From: a virus | Direction: 5' to 3' (one strand) | IMG/VR virus record: IMGVR_UViG_3300032770_000004 | Coordinates: 1-47,374 of that record | Length of the DNA stretch: 47,374 nucleotides | Part shown: piece after piece, positions 18,941-25,337 of the stretch | Position numbering within the stretch: position 1 is the first letter of the stretch | How the letters are laid out: each line of letters opens with the position of its first letter | The notes under the pieces: generated by a model | What the model saw: the letters and a program-made list of their open reading frames with translations, nothing else | Database searches by the model: none | What the model was told of the DNA's origin: nothing | Made by a program: the position numbers and the translations under genes

Positions 18941-18965
18941 CATTAACCCTAGCCTCGGGTATAGT
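18937..18965 (+). promoter_or_regulatory. sigma70-type promoter TTGACA-17-TATAGT (leaderless)
   Basis: ATG at 18972. Confidence 0.78.
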
Positions 18966-18971
18966 TGATCC

Positions 18972-19478
18972 ATGATCGAGACCGCCCCAGTCCCTTTCAA
19001 GCAGACTCGCCGCAACAACTGTAGTCAAACCTGTGTTGCGATGATTACCGGCAAGAACATCAAGGAGATCAACAAGCTCTACGGCAAGGCCCGTGCCTAT
19101 CGTATGGCCGAGATTCTTCGCAAGCCCCAGCCTGCTAAGACCCGCGCTGTGATTTCTACCACGTATCTGACCGAGACCACGCGCGTGATGCAAATGTTGG
19201 GCTACAATATTGACAGCGATTTTATCGTCTATGACGACGGCGAGCGCTACCCCATCTTTCACAGGGCCGCCAAGACGCCCCCGGCCTTCGAATCCGGCAA
19301 GACCTATCTGGTTCGGGTTGCTTGGTTCCGTAGGGGTAAGGCACGTACGGGTCGTACTCACGGTGGCCACTGTGTGGTTTACCGGGATGGTTGGTTTTAC
19401 GATCCTATCGATGGCATGCTTTCTGCTAAGCCTCCCGAGAACTCAAAGATCACCGACTACTTGAAAATTTGGAAGTGA
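18972..19478 (+). CDS. Peptidase C39-like protein
   Basis: QTRRNNCSQTCVAM ... GHCVVY ... FYDP (Cys-His-Asp). Confidence 0.7.
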   Translation: MIETAPVPFKQTRRNNCSQTCVAMITGKNIKEINKLYGKARAYRMAEILRKPQPAKTRAVISTTYLTETTRVMQMLGYNIDSDFIVYDDGERYPIFHRAAKTPPAFESGKTYLVRVAWFRRGKARTGRTHGGHCVVYRDGWFYDPIDGMLSAKPPENSKITDYLKIWK

Positions 19479-19518
19479 ACTGTTGACAATGACTCTGAGA
19501 ACTGATAGGATCAAAACC

Positions 19519-19782
19519 ATGAGAACTTACATCGCCTACCTTCCTCGTTACGGCAACTTTCTCTGCAAGCTCAAATTCGATGAAGTTGCGCGTCGCGACG
19601 ATACCGATGTCGTGCAGGTGCAGGCCGAGAACCTGGAGCACGTATTCGCCCTGCTGAATCATGGCTCTGGGCAGGAGCTTGATGGCTACATGGGCCGCTC
19701 GCTCTCCGTGGGCGACTTCGTGGTCGATTCTACTGGACGTGCGTGGCTGTGCGATTCCTTCGGCTGGGTGAAGGCGTCATGA
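19519..19782 (+). CDS. YodL-like protein
   Basis: LEHVFALLN..GRSLSVGDFV..WLCDSFGW; behind TTGACA(19483)-17-TAGGAT. Confidence 0.7.
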   Translation: MRTYIAYLPRYGNFLCKLKFDEVARRDDTDVVQVQAENLEHVFALLNHGSGQELDGYMGRSLSVGDFVVDSTGRAWLCDSFGWVKAS

Positions 19783-19997
19783 GCGCCGACAACGGTAGCT
19801 GGCGTGAGGGTAGTTGGGGAGAATCGAGCGCTGAAGGTAGCATGCGGGCCCCCAGCTTTTCTTCTGCTCTGAACACCGAGGTCAAGGGCTTCAACGCTCC
19901 CACCCATCCCCAGCCCAAGGCCAAGAAAGAGGAGGGCGACAACGAGAAGGAAGAGTGGCTCGCCATTCTCAGATTCCTGTCTACGAGGAAACCGTGA
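19779..19997 (+). CDS. Hypothetical protein
   Basis: ATGA-coupled ORF. Confidence 0.5.
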   Translation: MSADNGSWREGSWGESSAEGSMRAPSFSSALNTEVKGFNAPTHPQPKAKKEEGDNEKEEWLAILRFLSTRKP

Positions 19998-20197
19998 AAC
20001 CGACCCCAAAGGCTGAATGGGTTAAGATTGGCGATTGCGTGACGGCTGGTCGCGGTATGAACGGCAACGTGATCAAAATCATTGCCAGGAACAATGGTCT
20101 ACCCACTGTTGTTGTTCTTTGGAGTAGCGGTTCCACTGGTCGACACACCATTACTACACTCCATCGAGTTGTTGACATTCCAGCCGGAAAGGAATAG
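19994..20197 (+). CDS. Hypothetical SH3/KOW-like protein
   Basis: GTGA-coupled; VKIGDCV..G.V..I..VVVLW. Confidence 0.5.
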   Translation: MKPTPKAEWVKIGDCVTAGRGMNGNVIKIIARNNGLPTVVVLWSSGSTGRHTITTLHRVVDIPAGKE

Positions 20198-20206
20198 GGT
20201 ATCACC

Positions 20207-20434
20207 ATGGACATCAAGGACTTTCTGAAGACCATCGATTCGAATCAGTTCGCCGCTCTTCATGAGGCTCTGGATCAGTACGTTTCCAACAACGATCCCG
20301 ACGACGTGTACGATGACACCGATCTGAACAGCCCCAAGAACCAGTTGGCCTGCGCTTTTATGCGAGCCAAGTTCGAGGCTGCACAACGCATGCTGGAGGC
20401 CTGCGATGCGCAGATGGACGCGCTCGCTGGTTAA
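20207..20434 (+). CDS. Hypothetical protein
   Basis: Behind TTGACA(20172)-17-TAGGGT, leaderless. Confidence 0.65.
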   Translation: MDIKDFLKTIDSNQFAALHEALDQYVSNNDPDDVYDDTDLNSPKNQLACAFMRAKFEAAQRMLEACDAQMDALAG

Positions 20435-20436
20435 AT

Positions 20437-20700
20437 ATGAAGAAAATCGACTGGAATCGGGCCTTTCCGAGTGAAGAGCTTAGCGATCTTCAGGCCAAGC
20501 TCGAACTACTCAACAAGCAAGACGCGTTCTTCAGGGATGCTCTTACCTGGGCTCCTGAGCATGTTGTTGCCGCCCCGTTGGTGAACTCACTCAAGCTGAC
20601 AAACGAAATCCATACCCGGCTCGATGCCATTGGTCGAGCTAAGACTGCCATCAAGACGCAGATTGCAGAGATCCTGTTGGAGGTCGCTGATGAAAAATAA
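20437..20700 (+). CDS. Hypothetical protein
   Basis: Operon-spaced ORF. Confidence 0.6.
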   Translation: MKKIDWNRAFPSEELSDLQAKLELLNKQDAFFRDALTWAPEHVVAAPLVNSLKLTNEIHTRLDAIGRAKTAIKTQIAEILLEVADEK

Positions 20701-20959
20701 AATCGCAGTAATGTACGCCGATGCCGGTGACGAACCGTATGTTGTCATCTATTCCAGCAAGAGAGATGCTTGGGACAAAGCCAAACTGTCGATTCCTCAA
20801 AAGGAACGTCGCAAAGCCAAGAAAGCGCTATTCAGCCCCACATGGCGTGGAGCTACCGGTTGGCGTACAAAACACGGACTCGTCATGATCATTACCAAGG
20901 AGTACATGAAGGACCGTATCGAAGAATGGAAACGATACCTCAGATACATGGACTCTTGA
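20690..20959 (+). CDS. Hypothetical protein
   Basis: GGAGG SD, overlaps upstream stop. Confidence 0.6.
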   Translation: MKNKIAVMYADAGDEPYVVIYSSKRDAWDKAKLSIPQKERRKAKKALFSPTWRGATGWRTKHGLVMIITKEYMKDRIEEWKRYLRYMDS

Positions 20960-21127
20960 CAAGCTCGAAATGAGTGATAATCTACGAACCATGAAGATGC
21001 ACCTACCTACAGTCCAAAAGCCAGAAGCCATTGCGGCCACGGTGGAGGTACGTATGTAAGGTCCAGGATACTAGCTGTAACGGTACCTGGACCCATCCGA
21101 TCGAAAGATCTGGTGGGTTTTGTTTTT

Positions 21128-21198
21128 CTGGAGATGCGGTAACAGTAACCACTACGCGTCGGAAGCGTAAATTCTGGGTGCAATTCCCAGTCTCCAGA
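21128..21198 (+). tRNA. tRNA-Pro(CGG)
   Basis: CTGGAGA/TCTCCAG acceptor; TACGC-gtCGGaa-GCGTA. Confidence 0.75.
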
Positions 21199-21225
21199 CT
21201 GATCAACAGATCAAAAATTGAATAC

Positions 21226-21297
21226 GCTCCCTTCGTTTAGTTAGCAAGACAGGGCCCTCGTAAAGCCAATTCGGAAGTGCAATTCTTCCAAGGAGCA
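21226..21297 (+). tRNA. tRNA-Thr(CGT), degenerate
   Basis: ctCGTaa loop; mismatches in stems. Confidence 0.55.
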
Positions 21298-21298
21298 C

Positions 21299-21374
21299 TT
21301 GACAGTAGATCTAGAAGTTGTAGAATACTCGTCACCTCAGAACAACGGTTCCGAGGTTCTTTGACAACTGAATA
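21299..21374 (+). promoter_or_regulatory. tRNA-operon promoter (TTGACA-16-TAGAAT) plus boxB-like hairpin and boxA (GTTCTTTGACAACTGAATA)
   Basis: Same order and consensus as rrn leader antitermination elements. Confidence 0.7.
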
Positions 21375-21385
21375 CGTAGTTTTTT

Positions 21386-21456
21386 GGGTCTGTCGTCTAA
21401 CGTTTAGGACAGCGCCGATAAGGCGTTTATGGGTGGTTTAACTCCCCCCAGACCCA
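21386..21456 (+). ncRNA. tRNA-like RNA with 5-nt anticodon loop (GATAA)
   Basis: GGGTCTG/CAGACCC acceptor, D and T arms present; GCGCC-gataa-GGCGT. Confidence 0.65.
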
Positions 21457-21460
21457 CTTT

Positions 21461-21548
21461 GCTCGCTGGTGTATCGATCCAGCACGCCGGTTTACATTAC
21501 AAATATGTAGACAGGTAGACCGTGGTTCAACTCCACGGGCGAGCACCA
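21461..21548 (+). ncRNA. tRNA-like RNA with ~11-bp extended anticodon arm and encoded CCA
   Basis: GCTCGCT/GGCGAGC-ACCA; CCGGTTTACAT-tacaaat-ATGTAGACAGG; T-loop TTCAACT. Confidence 0.65.
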
Positions 21549-21549
21549 T

Positions 21550-21622
21550 GGAGTTATTGTGTAATGGCTAGCACCCCGGTCTCTTAAACCGCGCAGTCAG
21601 GGTTCGAATCCCTGTAACTCCA
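21550..21622 (+). tRNA. tRNA-Lys(CTT)
   Basis: Cloverleaf; ctCTTaa. Confidence 0.85.
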
Positions 21623-21623
21623 C

Positions 21624-21752
21624 TGATCTGAATGCTCGATTGGATTACATCTCTGCTAAAGATCTAGACCGGTTCAACTCCGGAACAGGGCACTCAATGC
21701 CCTTTTAGTGTAACGGTAGCACAGCAAACATCTAGTCAATTTTGTCAGGTCA
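21624..21752 (+). ncRNA. Y RNA-like (YrlA-type) #1 with permuted tRNA module
   Basis: TGATCTGAATGC..TACAT..T-arm CCGG-TTCAACT-CCGG, loop-closed acceptor AGGGCA-ctcaa-TGCCCT, D-arm, ..TTGTCAGGTCA. Confidence 0.75.
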
Positions 21753-21814
21753 CCTTAATTACTCAGCTAACGCAGGCATCGATCTTGCGTGACTGGTCGG
21801 AGAGACGATCGTTT

Positions 21815-21885
21815 GGGCTAATAGTATAGCGGGAATACGTTGCGCTGGCAGTGCAAAGTTCAGGGTTCGACTCCCTGTTGGTCCA
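21815..21885 (+). tRNA. tRNA-Ala(GGC)
   Basis: G3:U70; ctGGCag. Confidence 0.88.
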
Positions 21886-21886
21886 C

Positions 21887-21944
21887 TGGAGAATGCCTGA
21901 AGGTTTACATACGGCAAAAAGAAACTTTCAAATCCTTGTCTCCA
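21887..21944 (+). ncRNA. Y RNA-like #2 (minimal, no tRNA module)
   Basis: TGGAGAATGC-CTGAAGGTT-TACAT...AACTTTCA-AATCCTTGTCTCCA. Confidence 0.65.
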
Positions 21945-21954
21945 TTTGTTTTAT

Positions 21955-22023
21955 GCCCTGGTAGCTCAAAAGTAGAGCGCCAGTCCTAGACTGGAGGTTG
22001 GAGGTCCGAACCCTCCTCGGGCA
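21955..22023 (+). ncRNA. tRNA-like RNA with 5-nt anticodon loop (cCTAg)
   Basis: Canonical D arm TAGCTCAAAAGTAGAGC; CCAGT-cctag-ACTGG. Confidence 0.65.
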
Positions 22024-22026
22024 CTT

Positions 22027-22098
22027 ACCTGCTTAGTTCAGTAGCAGAACAGCGGCATCACAAGCCGAAGATCGCTGGTGCAAATCCAGCAGCGGGTA
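22027..22098 (+). tRNA. tRNA-Val(CAC)
   Basis: Cloverleaf; atCACaa. Confidence 0.78.
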
Positions 22099-22099
22099 C

Positions 22100-22213
22100 T
22101 AGAGAATGCGGTAGAGAATACATCCTCCACTCTTACGGGGGACGTAGGGTTCAACTCCCTCGACTTTCCCTACTAGATATTGGAACGCAAGACGGTCTTG
22201 CAGTTTGTTTTTC
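22100..22213 (+). ncRNA. Y RNA-like #3 (divergent, contains a T-arm)
   Basis: GAGAATGC-GGTAGAGAA-TACAT..AGGG-TTCAACT-CCCT..TTCCCTACT..TTGTT. Confidence 0.55.
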
Positions 22214-22235
22214 AATGAAGTATGTTGTCTCTTAT

Positions 22236-22312
22236 GGGGTACGGGGCTGCATGGGGTGGCCGCCAAGCTTGCACCTTGGAATTTCAGGTCGGTTCGATTC
22301 CGACGTGCTCCA
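22236..22312 (+). tRNA. tRNA-Ala(TGC)
   Basis: G3:U70; CCAAG-ctTGCac-CTTGG. Confidence 0.85.
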
Positions 22313-22316
22313 CAAA

Positions 22317-22380
22317 GCTGAATGCAGGTAGAATTACATGGAATTGTTATCCCAGAATACATTTTATCGATCTTGTCAGC
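22317..22380 (+). ncRNA. Y RNA-like #4 (minimal)
   Basis: GCTGAATGC-AGGTAGAAT-TACAT...ATTTTATC-GATCTTGTCAGC. Confidence 0.65.
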
Positions 22381-22386
22381 CCTTTT

Positions 22387-22458
22387 TGTTCCAGAGTCTG
22401 TGAAGATAGACAGAGGATTCATATCCCTCTTAAGTTGGTGCAAATCCAACTGGAACAA
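22387..22458 (+). tRNA. tRNA-Met/Ile2(CAT)
   Basis: TGTTCCA/TGGAACA; GAGGA-ttCATat-CCCTC. Confidence 0.6.
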
Positions 22459-22459
22459 C

Positions 22460-22598
22460 TACTCGAATGTCCGTAAAGGTCTACATTCTAACACCGAGGG
22501 TTGGAGCGTCGAGAACTCCCGCCGCAATCTTACGCGGCGTAGCTCAAAGGTAGAGCATCGGTCCCGAAAGGGGTTGACTTTTCAAATTTTGTCGAGTA
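22460..22598 (+). ncRNA. Y RNA-like (YrlA-type) #5 with permuted tRNA module
   Basis: TACTCGAATGT..TACAT..CCGA, T-like arm, CGCCGC-aatcttac-GCGGCG, D arm TAGCTCAAAGGTAGAGC, TCGG..TTGTCGAGTA. Confidence 0.75.
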
Positions 22599-22605
22599 TT
22601 CATAC

Positions 22606-22678
22606 GGTCGGTTAGCTCATGTGGTAGAGCGGCGCCTTTACACGGCGAAGGTCGTGGGTTCGAATCCCTCACCGACTA
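22606..22678 (+). tRNA. tRNA-Val(TAC)
   Basis: Canonical cloverleaf; ttTACac. Confidence 0.9.
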
Positions 22679-22679
22679 T

Positions 22680-22782
22680 GGGGAAGTCGTCTAACAGGAT
22701 AACCCTCCGCAAGGAGAATAAGTAAGACACCGTAACAGCCCTCCTAGGCACGGAGTCGTTGGTGCAAATCCAACCTTCTCCA
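22680..22782 (+). ncRNA. tRNA-like RNA with D-loop hairpin insertion, aberrant anticodon arm and Ala-type acceptor
   Basis: GGGGAAG/CTTCTCC-A (G3:U70, A73); CTCC-gcaa-GGAG in D loop; CCGT..GCC-ctccta-GGC-ACGG. Confidence 0.6.
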
Positions 22783-22891
22783 CTTGAAGTACTAAAGCCT
22801 CCTGACGAAAGAGCCGTTGGCACTAGCGGCTTGATCACTAAATAACTAGAAAACCCTTTGCTGGGGAGGGGCCAAGAACCCAGCGTAGTTT

Positions 22892-22963
22892 GCTCCCGTA
22901 GTACAATAGATAGAACGCAGCCCTGCGAAGGCTGAGATCCAGGTGCGATTCCTGGCGGGAGTA
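22892..22963 (+). tRNA. tRNA-Arg(GCG)
   Basis: CAGCC-ctGCGaa-GGCTG. Confidence 0.8.
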
Positions 22964-23063
22964 CAACGCGATCAATCCAAAAAGATTGCGCCAGTCGCTG
23001 GTGAAGGCCGTTAACCTCACTGGCGCAGCCCGCGAAATGTGACGGCTAGAGTAGCGGGTGTTT

Positions 23064-23140
23064 GGTCCCGTATCAGACCGAGCTTCGAACTCGGATCTTG
23101 TAATTGGATGAAAATGTAGGTTCGAGCCCTATCGGGACTG
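23064..23140 (+). tRNA. D-armless tRNA-Arg(TCG)-like
   Basis: GGTCCCG/CGGGACT-G; no D arm; CCGAG-ctTCGaa-CTCGG; long variable region; T arm. Confidence 0.6.
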
Positions 23141-23146
23141 CCTTCG

Positions 23147-23209
23147 AAGTGCCAGTTGCTTTGCGCTAATTGCCATGCGATAGTGACATATGAGAGACGA
23201 TTTGAATGA
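23147..23209 (+). pseudogene. C-terminal remnant of an HNH endonuclease
   Basis: Translates KCQLLCANCHAIVTYERRFE*, matching KCQVVCANCHAERT of the 23915 and 46347 HNH genes. Confidence 0.7.
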
Positions 23210-23219
23210 GGAAGAAAAT

Positions 23220-23290
23220 GCTCTGTTAGTTCAGTGGTAGAACGACGGTATGACTCACCGTAGGAGCTGGTTCGATTCCAGCACAGAGTA
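23220..23290 (+). tRNA. tRNA-Val(GAC) with atypical loop
   Basis: ACGGT-atGACtc-ACCGT; pyrimidine at position 37. Confidence 0.65.
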
Positions 23291-23320
23291 CTTCGAACGC
23301 GAGATCGAAAACAAAATTGA

Positions 23321-23392
23321 GTCGCTATCGGCTAGGAGTAAGGCTGTCAGATTCTCAATCTGAAGACCTGGGTGCGAATCCCAGTAGCGATA
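23321..23392 (+). tRNA. tRNA-Glu(CTC)
   Basis: TCAGA-ttCTCaa-TCTGA. Confidence 0.85.
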
Positions 23393-23396
23393 TGAA

Positions 23397-23468
23397 GCGC
23401 CTATCGTCCAAAGGCTAGGACACAGACCCGATAAGTCTGATATGTTGGTTCGACTCCAACTAGGCGTA
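23397..23468 (+). tRNA. tRNA-Ile(GAT)
   Basis: CAGAC-ccGATaa-GTCTG. Confidence 0.82.
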
Positions 23469-23682
23469 CATGCACGACCGATAGAACCGGACACACGAAA
23501 CCGGCAAGGTAGGTTCGTAAAGTGGCTTCTACTGCTCCACGTGCAAAAGGTAGAGGACTACAGTCCCTAAGATTGTCGAGCTGATCGCCGTAAGAGGATC
23601 AGGAACACGAGCTGAATGGATTTTCAGGCCTCTCCGGCTACGCGAGGATTAGGGGGTTCGATTCCCTCCGTTAAGTTTCTTA

Positions 23683-23743
23683 GCCGAATGCTCGTAAGTC
23701 TACATTTACTTAAAAATAAACGACTTACAAAATACTTGTCGGC
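23683..23743 (+). ncRNA. Y RNA-like #6 (minimal)
   Basis: GCCGAATGC-TCGTAAGTC-TACAT...GACTTAC-AAAATACTTGTCGGC. Confidence 0.68.
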
Positions 23744-23748
23744 ATTTT

Positions 23749-23821
23749 CTGGGTGAGGTGCATACGGGTGCATACACGGTCGGGATCCGTGGGGGAGCTG
23801 GTTCGATTCCAGCCACTCAGA
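23749..23821 (+). tRNA. tRNA-Pro(GGG)
   Basis: CACGG-tcGGGat-CCGTG. Confidence 0.78.
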
Positions 23822-23825
23822 CTAG

Positions 23826-23897
23826 CAGGGAATGCGGTAATGGCTAACCACTACGTTTTGGATACGTAAATTCTGGGTTCGAATCCCAGTTCCCTGA
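23826..23897 (+). tRNA. tRNA-Pro(TGG)
   Basis: TACGT-ttTGGat-ACGTA. Confidence 0.82.
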
Positions 23898-23914
23898 CAA
23901 GTAATCTTGGAACC

Positions 23915-24244
23915 ATGGCAAAGGTTTCCAAGGAGTATTACCGAGACTGGTATCAAAAGAACAAGGATCGGATTAAAGGACGCAAGAAAGAAGCTCGACA
24001 GAGAGCACGAGCTAAACTTCGTGCGATCGTGGATGTAGCCAAGCAGATTCCGTGTAAGGATTGTGGCGTTCAGTATCCACCATATGTAATGACTTTCGAT
24101 CATCTTGGTGACAAGAAATTTAATGTTGCGGACCTTGGTGGAGTGAGCATTGACGCCCTAAAGGCCGAAATCGCTAAGTGTCAAGTGGTCTGTGCTAATT
24201 GCCATGCTGAAAGAACTCATCGTAGGCGTATTGACAAAGGCTGA
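23915..24244 (+). CDS. HNH endonuclease
   Basis: PCKDCG..FDHL..KCQVVCANCH. Confidence 0.85.
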   Translation: MAKVSKEYYRDWYQKNKDRIKGRKKEARQRARAKLRAIVDVAKQIPCKDCGVQYPPYVMTFDHLGDKKFNVADLGGVSIDALKAEIAKCQVVCANCHAERTHRRRIDKG

Positions 24245-24265
24245 TTTGGATGCTACATTGACACC

Positions 24266-24412
24266 ATGGAAAACGATCTCCGCAATCTTGATTGGGGCGA
24301 GGGGATGAATCAGGCACTGTCGGCGGATCTCAAGGTCGACATTGCGGGCAATCAGGCCCAACTGACTTTGGAGCTGCTCAAGGCTCTGGATCGGAAGAAG
24401 GCCAAAAACTGA
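24266..24412 (+). CDS. Small hypothetical protein (48 aa)
   Basis: Behind TTGACA(24231)-17-TACATT; MENDLRNLDWGEG...RKKAKN*. Confidence 0.55.
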   Translation: MENDLRNLDWGEGMNQALSADLKVDIAGNQAQLTLELLKALDRKKAKN

Positions 24413-24421
24413 GGTACTGAA

Positions 24422-24670
24422 ATGGCAACGTACGCAATTTTTTATGATCATGGCGTCTATGAATATGGTTACGCGACCATGGAGGACGCCGCCAATGAAT
24501 TGGCAGGTCTTACTAACCCCGAGCGATTCTACATAGCTGAATGCTGCCCTGGCAGCACTGCTTACTGTGAAGATGCTGAAAAAGGAAAGTGTCCTTTTTG
24601 TGATCTCGGGGAACAGGACCCCATTGACCCTCAGGACATCGCGGCGTATGATAATGAGGTTGATCTGTAA
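24422..24670 (+). CDS. Hypothetical Cys-containing protein
   Basis: GAGG SD; CC..C..CPFC. Confidence 0.6.
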   Translation: MATYAIFYDHGVYEYGYATMEDAANELAGLTNPERFYIAECCPGSTAYCEDAEKGKCPFCDLGEQDPIDPQDIAAYDNEVDL

Positions 24671-24679
24671 GTAACACTC

Positions 24680-24758
24680 GTCCGGATGGTGGAACGGCAG
24701 ACACGGTGGCCTTAGAAGCCACTGCGCAAGCGTGAGGGTTCGAATCCCTCTCTGGACA
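24680..24758 (+). tRNA. tRNA-Leu(TAG)
   Basis: GTGGC-ctTAGaa-GCCAC. Confidence 0.88.
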
Positions 24759-24827
24759 CTGCGCTCTTAGCCCGAGGCGCGCGATATAAAATTCGGTCAC
24801 TTCGTTGGTGCAGAAGAGCATCATAAT

Positions 24828-24898
24828 GGCGGTATCGTCTAGTGGTAGGACACGAGACTTTCAATCTCAGAACCGGAGTTCGATTCTCCGTATCGCTA
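24828..24898 (+). tRNA. tRNA-Glu(TTC)
   Basis: ctTTCaa; canonical D and T arms. Confidence 0.88.
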
Positions 24899-24948
24899 CT
24901 GTAGTAATGTGCTAACTGTCATCGTGACAGGACGCATAGACAAGAAAT

Positions 24949-25019
24949 TGCCGACAAGCATTAAAGTGATGCAAGGGCCTTTGAAGCCCTGGAACTGGGC
25001 GCAATACCTAGGTCGGTAG
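24949..25019 (+). tRNA. tRNA-Gln(TTG)
   Basis: U1:A72, G73; AGGGC-ctTTGaa-GCCCT. Confidence 0.78.
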
Positions 25020-25024
25020 CTTTT

Positions 25025-25095
25025 GCTCCTATCGGTTAACGGCAGGCCACGGTCTTGGTAAGACTGAAGTCAAGGTTCAATTCCTTGTGGGAGCA
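25025..25095 (+). tRNA. tRNA-Thr(GGT)
   Basis: CGGTC-ttGGTaa-GACTG. Confidence 0.85.
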
Positions 25096-25184
25096 TGTAA
25101 GTTAGGCGTAAGATCGATTGAGAACCGTCCTAACACAGTGGGTGACGATGCGGATCGCAACCGTACGGAATACTCCCACAATTT

Positions 25185-25258
25185 GCCTCATTAGCTCAGT
25201 GGATCAGAGCTGACGCCTTCTAAGCGTATGGTCGGGAGTTCGATTCTCTCATGAGGTG
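25185..25258 (+). tRNA. tRNA-Arg(TCT)
   Basis: ctTCTaa; canonical. Confidence 0.9.
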
Positions 25259-25263
25259 CTGAT

Positions 25264-25337
25264 GTCCCTATAGCTCAGTGGAAAAGAGCAACGCGGTCCT
25301 AACGCGATGGTCGGGAGTTCGATTCTCTCTGGGGATA
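25264..25337 (+). tRNA. tRNA-Arg(CCT)
   Basis: gtCCTaa; paralogous to Arg(TCT). Confidence 0.85.

Noticed and set aside
21955-22023. Stop-codon recoding (code 15) via a suppressor tRNA
   Set aside because: Long genes are intact in code 11, TAG terminates several ORFs, and the loop is only 5 nt
22798-22875. Hammerhead ribozyme (CTGACGA ... GAAA)
   Set aside because: GAAA does not abut stem II and no UH cleavage triplet follows stem III
21003-23494. Short ORFs predicted across the tRNA arrays (also 40254-40553 and 42135-42906)
   Set aside because: They overlap clear tRNA/ncRNA structures and lack coding signatures
23470-23675. tmRNA
   Set aside because: A T-arm is present, but there is no matching GGGG 5' acceptor strand, no CCA end and no tag reading frame
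21624-23743. CRISPR array suggested by recurring GAATGC/TACAT/TTGTC motifs
   Set aside because: Repeats are not identical, not regularly spaced and are interrupted by tRNAs; covarying stems indicate structured RNAs
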